This document shows positions 32,585 to 44,491 of a DNA stretch of 64,000 nt, one piece after another. Made by a program: the position numbers and the translations under genes. The DNA is from Eledone cirrhosa (lineage: Eukaryota), in the NCBI GenBank assembly GCA_964016885.1, contig CAXHJY010000162.1:865-64864 (forward strand), given 5' to 3'. Position 1 is the stretch's first letter. Each line of letters begins with the position of its first letter. The notes below the pieces were generated by a model, which was given only the letters and a program-made list of their open reading frames with translations, was not told the origin of the DNA and ran no database searches.

Positions 32585-35500
32585 CTAAGGCGGGTAAAAT
32601 TCCCGAGATCCATGGACGAGTTCTCTCCAGCGGTGTCTGTCCCTCATTATCACTGCCATGTCCTGCATCTCCAACAGACCAGTGTCAGTCCTTAGGGCAT
32701 CAACATACGTTAACCTTGGTCTTCCTCTTCTAGTGTGTCCATGTAAGGGCTCCCAAAGGAGCACTGAGTACAATGTCAACTCTGGATGTCGGTGAGCATG
32801 TCCAGCCAACCTCAGTCTCCTCTGTGTCACTTTTGAGCTGACTTTTGGGATGCTCCCATACAGCTCTGAGTTTTTCATCCTCAGTGTATACTGATTAATG
32901 TTCAGAGCCATCCTCAGCATTCTCGTGTAGCACCCATCCACCATCTGAGTGAGTTTCTTGGTCAGTGTCCAAGTCTCAGACCCATACAGCAGCACAGACT
33001 CCACTACAGCAATGAAGAGGCGGATTTTCAGGTCTCTACGAAGGTCCGACTTCCACACCGATCTCAAGCTGTGGCACGCCGCCCAGGCCTTGCTCTTCCT
33101 CTCAACCACATCATCTTCCGTATTCCCAATCCTTGCTCCCAAATACAGGAAGTCCTCAACCAATTCCAGCAGCTTCCCGCCTACATTAGTGATCCCCCTT
33201 GGCTTCTCTACCAGATATTTTGTTTTAGTCTCATTCATTCTCAGCCCCACACTCATCGACACAGTCTCAACCTCCCGCATCAAATCCTCTGCCTCCTTCA
33301 CGGTATTTGTCACCAAAACTATGTCGTCGGCAAATTCAGCATCCGATACCTTTTTCGCCCTAACTCTCCTGCTCTGAGCCGGTGCTACAGTAAAGCCAGA
33401 GTCCTGGTGTTTCTCCAGTGCAAGGCGCATACAATAGTCCACTACAATGATAAAAAGGTAGGGAGCCAATGTATCTCCCTGGAGCACTCCAGCCACTATC
33501 TCAAAGAACTCTGTCATCCCATCAGGTGTAATGACTTGGGCTTTGGTATTGGTGTAGAGCAGTGATATCAGGTCCACTATCTTCTTGGGGATTCCATAAG
33601 CCTGTAAGATCTTCATCAGGCAGTAACGGTCCACAGAATCAAAGGCCTTCCTAAAGTCAATGAAAACCATGACCGCAGGAAGGCACTTTGCTCTAGCTCC
33701 CTCTAATATCCTCCTCAGCATCAGGATGTGACTGGTGGTTGATCTACCCTCTCTGAAGCCGTTCTGGTTGTCCCTGAGCTTCTTCTCCATCTCAGGCTGG
33801 ATCCTGTTAAGAATCATCCTGTTGAGGGTCTTTGCCACAAGTGACGTCAGTGAGATCCCCCGGTAGTTGTTGGTGTTAGAGAGATCTCCCTTCTTTGGCA
33901 CTGGGACGATGTTACTGATCCTCCACTGATTCGGGGCAACTCCTTTCTCCAGTGCCCCGTTACAGAACCCCAGGATGATATCATCAAAATCACACCTCTT
34001 CATCACCTCTGATGCCACTCCATCTTCTCCATGAGCCTTGCCCTCCTTGATCCTTTTCTTGGCTCTCTGAAGCTCCTCTCTGGTGAAGGGCTCTGTCTCA
34101 ACATCCAGTTCCTCAAACAGCCGCCTGATCTCCCCAGTGCTCTGGGCTGTGGAGAGTGGCTCTCCTAGTAGGGTCCTAAAATGGTCTAGCCATTTCCTCT
34201 TCCTATCCTCGGCCCCCGTTCCCTGGATCTGACTCGAACACCTTCTCTTCCTCCCTATGATCTCGTTGATGATCATCCAGCTCTCCTTACATCCAGATCT
34301 GTCAACCGCTCTCTCCGCACTTCTGATCTTCTCTATCAGTGCCTCCTCTCTGACCTCAGTGTAAGCGGTACAGAGCTCTTCCCTCATCACCTCCACAGTC
34401 TCCATCCTCTCCTCCGTAGGATCAGCATAGAATTGGTCCCTGGCAGCTTTCAGGTGTTCTCTGGCTGCACACACTTTTGGGTTTGCAGAGCTGACGTGCT
34501 TCCCTTTATTCTTTTTCCCCGACACCAGGGTTTCACTTGCTTCCGCCACTGCATTGGTGAAGTGCCCGTACCTCCTCGTCACACTCTCCTCAGTCCATCC
34601 AATCTCTCTCTCCTCTGACTCTCCACACAGAGCACCAAACCTGTTTCTCACTTCCACTGTGAACCTCTCCTGTAGCTTATCATCTTCCTTGAAAGCTCCC
34701 CAGTCATAGATTGTTCTCCGGGACTGAGCCTTGCTCTTTCTTAAGCTCACGCGGACCTCACTCATAACAAGCCGGTGGTCACTACCCAGTGTACTGAAAT
34801 AGCTGTATGGTTCCGTGTTCAGAACACTATTCCGCCACTTTTTCCTCACCAGAATGAAATCAATCTGGGACTTGGACAGGTGCATATCTGAGATGTAGGT
34901 CCACATCTTCCCCAGATTCTTCCTAAACCTTAGGTTGGTCGCCATCAAGTTCGCCTCCAGCAGGGTGTCTCTCAGTAGTCTTCCATTTCGGTTGGTGTTG
35001 TTATGGAAGTACCAGCAAGGATCTTCACTGCCCTCCTTACTCAGGTGTGCATTGAAGTCCCCCAAAACAAGCAGGATATTGTGTGCCTGAGTGGTGTTGA
35101 CAGCTCTACACACCTCCTCATGGAACTCTTCCGCATTCACATCGCTGTCCCCCTCGGTTGGACTATAGGCTGAGATGACTGTCAGTCTTGGGTTTCCATT
35201 GAAGGTCACCCTCAACACTCGCGGGGAGATAGGCATTATTTCCCTCACCAACAGATTGGTTTTTGCACTGAACACAAAACCCACTTCTCCTACTGCAGCA
35301 TTTGTTGTGTTCTTCACTCCCGATGTAGTGATGAGCTGGCTCTTCTTCCCAATCATCACACTCCTCACGGGCTCATCGTGTAGAATCCTGTGTTCTTGGA
35401 TCGCAAGTATCTGTATACCACTCTCCTCGAACAGATGTCCCAACTCCTCTCTCTTCTCCAGCGTCCGAATAGTCCTCACATTCAAAGTGCCCATTTTGAT

Positions 35501-35710
35501 GGCTCTTCTGCAGGACAAAACTGCATTCTTTATATTTGTCTCAGAGACAGCTGATCCATCATCCACTGGCCCTCTCTGTGGCTCTAAGCCAGCAGAGTCA
35601 TAACGACCAGGCTGCTCCTTGACAGTGTAATTAGGGGCTCTAACCCTAGTGCTGTTAGATCGACTCTCCATATTTCTTTTCAATGGCTGACAATACCTTA
35701 CCGGCGCCAC
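32585..35710 (-). CDS. RTE ORF: apurinic-like endonuclease plus reverse transcriptase (1041 aa from GTG; first ATG 13 codons later)
   Basis: EN motifs GTLNVRT, LAIQEHR, LGDFNAH, QIDFIL, GSDH. RT motifs NYRGISL, QNGFR, FIDFRKAFDSV, GVLQGDTLAPYLF, FADD, FLYLG, YGSETW. Confidence 0.95.
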   Translation of the reverse strand: MAPVRYCQPLKRNMESRSNSTRVRAPNYTVKEQPGRYDSAGLEPQRGPVDDGSAVSETNIKNAVLSCRRAIKMGTLNVRTIRTLEKREELGHLFEESGIQILAIQEHRILHDEPVRSVMIGKKSQLITTSGVKNTTNAAVGEVGFVFSAKTNLLVREIMPISPRVLRVTFNGNPRLTVISAYSPTEGDSDVNAEEFHEEVCRAVNTTQAHNILLVLGDFNAHLSKEGSEDPCWYFHNNTNRNGRLLRDTLLEANLMATNLRFRKNLGKMWTYISDMHLSKSQIDFILVRKKWRNSVLNTEPYSYFSTLGSDHRLVMSEVRVSLRKSKAQSRRTIYDWGAFKEDDKLQERFTVEVRNRFGALCGESEEREIGWTEESVTRRYGHFTNAVAEASETLVSGKKNKGKHVSSANPKVCAAREHLKAARDQFYADPTEERMETVEVMREELCTAYTEVREEALIEKIRSAERAVDRSGCKESWMIINEIIGRKRRCSSQIQGTGAEDRKRKWLDHFRTLLGEPLSTAQSTGEIRRLFEELDVETEPFTREELQRAKKRIKEGKAHGEDGVASEVMKRCDFDDIILGFCNGALEKGVAPNQWRISNIVPVPKKGDLSNTNNYRGISLTSLVAKTLNRMILNRIQPEMEKKLRDNQNGFREGRSTTSHILMLRRILEGARAKCLPAVMVFIDFRKAFDSVDRYCLMKILQAYGIPKKIVDLISLLYTNTKAQVITPDGMTEFFEIVAGVLQGDTLAPYLFIIVVDYCMRLALEKHQDSGFTVAPAQSRRVRAKKVSDAEFADDIVLVTNTVKEAEDLMREVETVSMSVGLRMNETKTKYLVEKPRGITNVGGKLLELVEDFLYLGARIGNTEDDVVERKSKAWAACHSLRSVWKSDLRRDLKIRLFIAVVESVLLYGSETWTLTKKLTQMVDGCYTRMLRMALNINQYTLRMKNSELYGSIPKVSSKVTQRRLRLAGHAHRHPELTLYSVLLWEPLHGHTRRGRPRLTYVDALRTDTGLLEMQDMAVIMRDRHRWRELVHGSREFYPP

Positions 35711-35875
35711 TCGAATAAGGTAGTTATTTAACCCATAAATGGAGCCCTAACAGGTACTACCACCCCGGGCCAGGGTAGACCTGGGAGTCATGACAACTAA
35801 GGGGTAACTCCACATTCCTCACATCTCCTGAACTCCCGAACTGGAGCCTTGCCACTGGATGTAGTTTAATGTCAT
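32585..35875 (-). mobile_element. Near full-length RTE-clade LINE (family B)
   Basis: A single uninterrupted ORF plus ~165 nt of 5' leader. Both ends abut (TA)n. Confidence 0.95.
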
Positions 35876-36289
35876 ATATATATATGTATATATATATAAA
35901 TATATATTTATTAAAATAACAGATTAAAGTTTAAGCAAAGAATCGCTGCTTTCACCCTTAACGGGATCTTCTGAAACTAACAAAGTCAATCTGTGAACGC
36001 AGAAGGGAATATTTCAAAAAACGTTGCAACCGGAGGAAGACAGGAAGACGATACTTTGGTTCGTGGAAACGTTCCCTGGCAAAGAACGGGAAAAAACGAA
36101 TATAATACGTCATTAATAGGAGCGGTGAAAAACAATTACACGCAAAGACAGAACCACGTTTATGGTATAAAAGAGGTCGTAGACTAATGTTCTCTTAGGT
36201 GGTTCATAGAGACGTTCTCTGGCAATGAACGGAAAAAACGAAGATAATACGTCATATGTGGAGCGTAGAGAACAATTATGTGTATATAT

Positions 36290-36420
<131 letters not shown>

Positions 36421-36544
36421 GAAAACGAAAAATCAGTGATGCATCTGAACGCAATTCGTTTTCCATTCTATCATACTCTGCTCTATAAGAGCATAGAGTG
36501 CTCAACTGGCATACCACATATGGAAGCATCTTAGCTACCATCAG

Positions 36545-36587
<43 letters not shown>

Positions 36588-36614
36588 GCCTGGATATATA
36601 TATATGTATATATA

Positions 36615-36659
<45 letters not shown>

Positions 36660-36663
<4 letters not shown>

Positions 36664-36911
36664 GGAAAAAATGATACGAAATTTCATTCCCCACTCTTAG
36701 TACGGCTGTTACCTAAATATAAGTATGTACACGTACATACATATATGTATACAGACGTACAGTAGTATGTATGTATATATATATACATACATGCACACAT
36801 ATATACATGTACGTATGGATTCACCGAACATTTATTATAATGCTCGGTGTGTTTGTAAACAAACATCCCGAATTAAGCCGTAGTGTCTAGCAACCATCGT
36901 TGCAACCATCG

Positions 36912-36989
<78 letters not shown>

Positions 36990-37526
36990 CTATTGTACGT
37001 CTGTATACATATATGTATGTACGTATACATACTTATATTTAAGTAACAGCCGTACTAAGAGTAAGAAATGAAATTTCGTTTCATTTTTTCCGTTTATCGT
37101 TTTCGGTGCACCCGGCCGATTAACTCACTCGATATGCAAATTAGGCTGCTCAGCCGTTAATATGCATAAGGAAAGTATATACTTTCAGACGTTCAATTAT
37201 CTGGCAGGAAGGTATACGTTGCTGACGATAGCTAATAAGCTTGAAACTCGTACAGCGTTCCTTTGTCAGTGTTGAACAAAAGAGCAACGATGGTTGCTAG
37301 ACACTGTACGGCTTAATTCGGGATGTTTGTTTACAAACACACCGAGCATTATAATAAATGTTCGATGAATCCATATGTACATATATATATGTGTGCATGT
37401 ATTTATATATATATACATACTACTGTACGTCTGTATACATATATGTATGTACGTATACATACTTATATTTAGGTAACAGCCGTACTAAGAGTGAGAAATG
37501 AAATTTCGTTTCATTTTTTCCGTTTA
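36660..37526 (+). mobile_element. Retrozyme-like 430-nt HHR repeat: inverted arm plus ~1.3 tandem units
   Basis: GAAATTTCGTTTCATT recurs at 37070 and 37500 (period 430). The inverted arm is at 36660-36905. No protein-like ORF. Confidence 0.75.
37216..37258 (+). ncRNA. Minimal type I HHR (430-nt family)
   Basis: acgttg-CTGACGA-t agct aata agct t-GAA-ACTCGT-A-cagcgt. Confidence 0.75.
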
Positions 37527-38145
37527 TATATATATATTATTCCGTTTATATATAATAATGAAATATTTATTTAATTATTTATTTATTTGTATACGCGCAC
37601 ACACACACACACACACACACATATTTATATGTGCTTGTTTTGTACACCTATGGCGAGTGTTTTCGCGTATGCTTGTGTATGTACGTATTTGCATGCGCGT
37701 ATGTATTTATTTAATTTCAATTACCTCTGTATTGTATTTTATTTACTTTATTCTTAACTCTGAAGCGGAAAATAATTCGGTTTCCTAGTTAGAATTTTAG
37801 TCTACGACTTCAGCTATACCATTTACGTGGTTTTGTCTTTGCGTGCAATTTTTCTCCAGGCTCCACATATGACGTATTATCTTCGTTTTTTCCGTTCATT
37901 GCCAGAGAACGTCTCTATGAACCACCTAAGAGAACATTAGTCTACGACTTCTTTTATACCATAAACGTGGTTCTGTCTTTGCGTGTAATTGTTTTTCACC
38001 GCTCCTATTAATGACGTATTATAGTCGTTTTTTCCTGTTCTTTGCCAGGGAACGTTTCCACGAACCAAAGTATCGTCTTCCTGTCTTCCTCCGGTTGCAA
38101 CGTTTTTTGAAATATTCCCTTCTGCGTTCACAGATTGACTTTGTT

Positions 38146-38196
38146 AGTTTCAGAAGATCCCGTTAAGGGTGAAAGCAGCGATTCTTTGCTTAAACT
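38146..38196 (+). ncRNA. Type I HHR variant with CAGAAGA core (mirror copy at 35928-35978, minus strand)
   Basis: agttt-CAGAAGA-t ccc gttaa ggg t-GAA-AGCAG cgattct TTGCT-T-aaact. Confidence 0.6.
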
Positions 38197-38255
38197 TTAA
38201 TCTGTTATTTTAATAAATATATATTTATATATATATATATACATACACACACACG

Positions 38256-38287
<32 letters not shown>

Positions 38288-38289
<2 letters not shown>

Positions 38290-38615
38290 CCAAAGATTAA
38301 TATGGTTCAATGAATATAGTTTTACAATAGATTAAAAGCACTCTACATTTAAGTTTTCTGGAGTTATTAATATTATTCAAAATATTAATAAATGAAGACA
38401 TTCACATAATCAAAATATATGTTTTATTAGATATGTTTTATTATATATGTTTTATTATATATGTTTTATTATATATGTTTTATTATATATGTTTTATTAT
38501 ATATATGACGAAGACGTATTGAAAAAACAGCACCGTACCTTCGAAATATATATAAAAAAACCATATATTTTGATTATGTGAATGACTTTATTTATTATTA
38601 TTTTGAATAATATAC
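38288..38615 (-). mobile_element. Fold-back PLE-type insertion with degenerate HHR and a 14-bp microrepeat
   Basis: Inverted arms at ~38370-38428 and ~38550-38615. Contains ATGACGAAG...CTTCGAAATATATATA. Related to 47100-47220 and 50330-50757. Confidence 0.65.
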
Positions 38616-38836
38616 ATATGTATATATATATATATATATATAGCCTAGATATATATGTATATATATTTGTGTTTATAAATATATATATGTATATATATGT
38701 GTATATAAATATATATGCGTATATATATATATGTATATATATACATATATATATACACACACACATATATATATATATATACATATATATATACACACAC
38801 ACATATATATATATACATATATATATATATACATAT

Positions 38837-39632
38837 CTAAGGCGAGTAAAATTCCCGAGATCCATGGACGAGTTCACTCCAGCGGTCTCTGTCCCTCATT
38901 ATCGCTGCCATGTCCTGCGTCTCCAACAGACCAGTGTCTGTCCTTAGGGCATCAACATACGTTAACCTTGGTCTTCCTCTTCTAGTGTGTCCATGTAGGG
39001 GCTCCCAAAGGAGCACTGAGTGCAATGTCAACTCTGGATGTCGGTGAGCATGTCCAGCTAACCTCAGTCTCCTCTATGTCACTTTTGAGCTGATTTTTGG
39101 GATGCTCCCATACAGCTCTGAGTTTTTCATCCTCAGTGTATACTGATTAATGTTCAGAGCCATCCTCAGCATTCTCGTGTACCACCCATCCACCATCTGA
39201 GTGAGTTTCTTGGTCATCAGGTATCGGATGCTGAATTTGCCGACGACATAGTTTTGGTGACAAATACAGTGAAGGAGGCAGAGGATTTGATGCGGGAGGT
39301 TGAGACTGTGTCGATGAGTGTGGGGCTGAGAATGAATGAAACTAAAACAAAATATCTGGCAGAGAATGTTGAGAAGCCAAAGGGGTTCACTAATGTAGGC
39401 GGGAAGCCGCTAGAATTGGTTGAGGGCTTCCTGTATTTGGGAGCAAAGATTGGGAATACGGAAGATGATGTGGTTGAGAGGAAGAGCAAGGCCTGGGCGG
39501 CGTGCCACAGCTTGAGATCGGTGTGGAAGTCGGACCTTCGTAGAGACCTGAAAATCCGCCTCTTCATTGCTTTAGTGGAGTCTGTGCTGCTGTATGGGTC
39601 TGAGACTTGGACACTGACCAAGAAACTCACTC

Positions 39633-39635
<3 letters not shown>
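38837..39635 (-). mobile_element. RTE family B copy with 5' inversion
   Basis: 38837-39216 is the 3' end on the minus strand. 39217-39635 is the upstream RT segment on the plus strand. Confidence 0.92.
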
Positions 39636-39669
<34 letters not shown>

Positions 39670-39670
<1 letters not shown>

Positions 39671-40262
39671 TGGCTGCCAACTCGTTTTCGAGTACGGCCA
39701 CTACTTTATATCCATGTAGGAGAACCCCTACCGATGCGCTGAACGAGTGTGACTTTTTAGTTCAGCCAGTGACTTGAAAACTCTAGTACAAACACTACAC
39801 TTATGACAATTATTGGGCCCATAGTACCATGTAACGACAAGTGCAGAGAGATCTCCAGATATAAAGCAATGCCTGTGCTGTGAAGCTTTTATAGTGAGCA
39901 AAGGCACTGCACAAAGCCAGTCCCACTCTCTCAACCAGGATGATATTTACCAAAAAGAAGAACAAGTCAACATCATTGGATACCATCAGGGTTGCGGGTG
40001 TTATATCAGAGTTTTCCTTCTAGAATTCTGCCTTGACAATGGCTAAGGGGTCATCTCTCCCGATGATTTTGGATGACCATTGACTCTTAAGAGCTCCTTT
40101 GCCCTTTGACAGGTTTTGTTTTTAGTCCTGCGGGATGTCCAAAGTCACCCTACTCACCAAGAAACCTTGGTGGGGTTGCCAGTTTAGTCGCCAACGATCC
40201 GACCATGAGACAGGTTGTACTGGGATACATGTTACCAGTAGCACCAACTGGTGACCTGACAT
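39670..40262 (-). mobile_element. Unclassified retroelement fragment with LINE-5'UTR-like sequence and a C2H2 zinc finger
   Basis: Minus strand has CTAGAAGGAAAACTCTGA and the peptide HKCSVCTRVFKSLAELKSHTRSAH. Bounded by (TA)n. Confidence 0.35.
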
Positions 40263-40263
40263 A

Positions 40264-40294
<31 letters not shown>

Positions 40295-40376
40295 CATGCA
40301 TACATATATATATGCATATATATATGCATATATATATATATATATATATATGCATATATATATATATATATATATA

Positions 40377-40526
<150 letters not shown>

Positions 40527-40533
40527 AAAATGC

Positions 40534-40590
<57 letters not shown>

Positions 40591-40596
40591 TATATA

Positions 40597-40827
40597 TAAA
40601 TTAATAAAAATAATGAATAAACAAAGAAACAGTTCCTTATATTAAAAAATTCTATAAGGAACTGTTTCTTTGTTTATTCATTATTTTTATTAATTTATCT
40701 TGACTCTGTTTTCCTGTATTTTTCAGCGAAAACAATTTTTGAATACATCTTCTCTTTTCATGATATTCGGATTACATTGAGTTTTTCATACGGATTGGAC
40801 ACTACCGTACATTTTGGTAGATTTATC

Positions 40828-40828
<1 letters not shown>
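40597..40828 (+). mobile_element. Highly truncated fold-back insertion of the 29353-30232 family
   Basis: Hairpin 40597-40641/40653-40698 followed by the same tail CTTGACTCTG...GGACACTACCGTA...GGTAGATTTATC. Confidence 0.8.
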
Positions 40829-40864
<36 letters not shown>

Positions 40865-40929
40865 TTTGCAACGGGTGATATTTTTGCAACGGTATATATT
40901 TTATTTGCTGATTCTATAGACATATTTTA

Positions 40930-41066
<137 letters not shown>

Positions 41067-41214
41067 AATTTATCTCATTCCTTGTATTTTGATCATGCTT
41101 TATTTTTATTTTTATCTTTATTTTTTATTTTTTCATTCGCACCGTTTCCTTTCGCTATATGTCTCTCCACCACTCCCCTACACACCCTTTGAACTCTGTT
41201 CCCACACACTTCTC

Positions 41215-41246
41215 ACCTGAGGAAGGGCTTATGCCCGAAACGTCGT
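41215..41246 (+). ncRNA. Minimal PLE-type HHR motif
   Basis: CTGAGGA-a gggc ttat gccc-GAAACGTC. Stem I is only ~2 bp. A sister copy at 30300-30480 (minus) has lost the core. Confidence 0.6.
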
Positions 41247-41333
41247 CCCCCACCAACACCCCACTCTCCAGAGCGTGAAATTAATAAACATTCGTTGTAC
41301 TGCTCTCTGTTTTGTCCCTGTTCAAATTTTTCC

Positions 41334-41423
<90 letters not shown>

Positions 41424-41439
41424 CATATATATATATGCA

Positions 41440-41521
<82 letters not shown>

Positions 41522-41527
41522 TATATA

Positions 41528-42643
41528 TCATCATCATCATCATCTTCGTTTAAGGTCCATCTTCCACGCTCGCATGGGTTAGACGGGAGTTGTCTCACTT
41601 GAAGCAAGGTTGGTCGGGTGACCGTGTCTCGCTCATATAGGACTATCTGGCAGGTTTTCTACGGCTGGATGCCCTTCCTAACACCAACCACATTTACAGT
41701 GTAGAACTGGGAACATTTTACCGTGTTACCTACACGACCACATTACAGCGTGGACTGTGTGCTTTTTTTTTCTGTCGTGACACCTACACGATCTCGATCT
41801 CGATCTCATTATCTCATTTATTTGGACTGGATGTTGTGGTACCAACTTTACAGAGAGAGGGTGATGTTAGTGGGAGTGGGAGGATAGGGTAGGGGCAGTG
41901 GATTGGGGTGCATATTTGGTTACGAGGTGCCTTCTGACTGTAGGTTTCACTTTGTACATGGGCAAGGCGGGTCTTCTGTATTACTGCGTAGCGCCAAAGA
42001 TCTCGGTCCAGTGACATTGTCTTAGAGAGGTGCAAGTGTGTAAGGTCGGAATTTATCAAATTGTACTTGGTTTTTCTGGGTCTACCTACTCCGAAACTAC
42101 CATCAATGTCAATGTTGATGCCCTGCTTTTTTCTATACAGCTGTCGTCTTTCATGCGCATCACGTGACCATACCAACGTAGTCTTCTCTCAAGTAAACAG
42201 CATCTGATCCCTCTTATCCCTAACTTCTCACTTAGTTCATTTATGCTTTGCCGTTCACGTATATTATTCTTACACATCCAACAGAGCATGCATGCTTCGT
42301 TCCTTTCCAGTTTGCGCAGGTCCTCTGCACGCAACACCCATGTCTCACTGCCATGTAACATTGCTGTTCGTATACAGGCATCATACAATCTGCCTTTCAT
42401 TTTTAGAGAGAAACCTTTTGTGGCCAACAGCGGTATTAGCTCTCTGAACTTTTTCCATCCCGTTCTAACTCTGGCTACTGTACTTTCAGAGCACCCTCCA
42501 CCACTGCTGATTTTGTCACCCAGGTAACGGAAAGTGTCCACTATTTCTATAGAACCATCTGGGCAATAGAAAGAGCTAGTATCATGTGGGCACTTGCTAC
42601 TTATTGCACCTGAGCATCGGTCACATATAAAATCTATGTTCTT
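41528..42643 (-). mobile_element. 5'-truncated RTE LINE (family A)
   Basis: Close homolog of 10169-11424 with a frameshift and a (GAT)n tail. Confidence 0.95.
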
Positions 42644-44491
42644 GTAAATGACCAAGTTAGCTAGATTGAAATATACTAATAATAATATTACAGTTTGCCT
42701 ATCTTGACTTAAGATAATAAATCAACAAAAACAAGTTGTATTGGCAATGGCCGTGGTGCTTGGACAAATTTAAATTTCAAAATCAAGCCTGTTCCGTAGA
42801 CAGGTTTAAACCTTAAAATCCAAATATGTTTCGAATAATGAAAAAGTGGAAGAAATACCGCATTTTGATCTCCTCAGCAAGCACTATAAAAATTGGTATA
42901 TTCCACTTCAAAATATTTAGAAAGACTGTTTAGCGCAAGAGGTAATTTCCTTCGTTGAGCTGAATTTAGCCCCATACGAATGGCTGTTATTTCTAGCAGC
43001 ACGAGTATGTGACTAGCTAGACACTGGATAACCGCGTGAAATTACCTCGTGCGCTAAACAGTCTTTCTAAATATTTTGAAGTGGAACATACCAATTTTTA
43101 TAGTGCTTGCTGAGGAGATCAAAATGCGGTATTTCTTCCACTTTTTCATTATTCGAAACATATTTGGATTTTAAGGTTTAAACCTGTCTACGGAACAGGT
43201 TTGATTTTGAAATTTAAATTTGTCCAAGCACCACGGCCATTGCCAATACAATTTGTTTTTGTTAATTTATTATCTTAAGTCAAGATAGGCAAACTGTAAT
43301 ATTATTATTAGTATATTTCAATCTAGCTAACTTGGTCATTTACAATACAAACATGAATATGTTGGTATTTGTGTTTATCAAATATATTAATTTATATTAA
43401 CCTGTATTACACGGCTCAGAAATACTCTTTCTTTGAGCTATTTCATTGTAAAAGACTGCCTGAGATTTGAACTCATTATTATTGATTTATCACTGCTCCT
43501 TCGTTGAGCTGAATTTAGCCCCATACAAATGGCTGTTATTTCTAGCAGCACGAGTATGTGACTAGCTAGACACTGGATAACCGCGTGAAATTACCTCGTG
43601 CGCTAAACAGTCTTTCTAAATATTTTGAAGTGGAACATACCAATTTTTATAGTGCTTGCTGAGGAGATCAAAATGCGGTATTTCTTCCACTTTATTATTA
43701 TTCGAAACATATTTGGATTTTAAGGTTTAAACCTGTCTACGGAACAGGTTTGATTTTGACATTTAAATTTGTCCAAGCACCACGGCCATTGCCAAACAAT
43801 TTGTTTTTGTTGATTTATTATCTTAAGTAAGATAGGCAAACTGTAATATTATTATTAGTATATTTCAATCTAGTTAACTTGGTCATTTACAATACAAACA
43901 TGAATATGTTGGTATTTGTGTTTATCAAATATATTAATTTATATTAACCTGTATTACACGGCTCAGAAATACTCTTTCTTTGAGCTATTTCATTGTAAAA
44001 GACTGCCTGAGATTTGAACTCATTATTATTGATTTATCACTGCTCCTTCGTTGAGCTGAATTTAGCCCCATACAAATGGCTGTTATTTCTAGCAGCACGA
44101 GTATGTGACTAGCTAGACACTAGATAACCGCGTGAAATTACCTCGTGCGCTAAACAGTCTTTCTAAATATTTTGAAGTGGAACATACCAATTTCTATAGT
44201 GCTTGCTGAGGAGATCAAAATGCGGTATTTCTTCCACTTTTTCATTATTCGAAACATATTTGGATTTTAAGGTTTAAACCTGTCTACGGAACAGGTTTGA
44301 TTTTGAAATTTAAATTTGTCCAAGCACCACGGCCATTGCCAATACAATTTGTTTTTGTTGATTTATTATCTTAAGTAGGCAAACTGTAATATTATTATTA
44401 GTATATTTCAATCTAGCTAACTTGGTCATTTACAATACAAACATGAATATGTTGGTATTTGTGTTTATCAAATATATTAATTTATATTAAC

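Noticed and set aside
35993-36187. Duplicated 64-aa ORF (also 37937-38131 minus)
   Set aside because: It has a non-ATG start and no recognisable domain. The duplication is explained by the inverted arms.
39728-39934. Host C2H2 zinc-finger gene exon
   Set aside because: It is a single finger with no clear splice structure, bounded by (TA)n. More likely a retroelement fragment.
42981-43000. Resemblance of GCTAGAAATARC to the Cas9 sgRNA scaffold
   Set aside because: It is a short GNRA hairpin only. There are no cas genes or repeat-spacer array, and the context is eukaryotic repeat DNA.
42995-43055. HDV-like ribozyme on the minus strand of the 548-nt unit
   Set aside because: GCACGAG/CTCGTGC could act as P1, but no convincing P2, P3/L3 or P1.1 was found.
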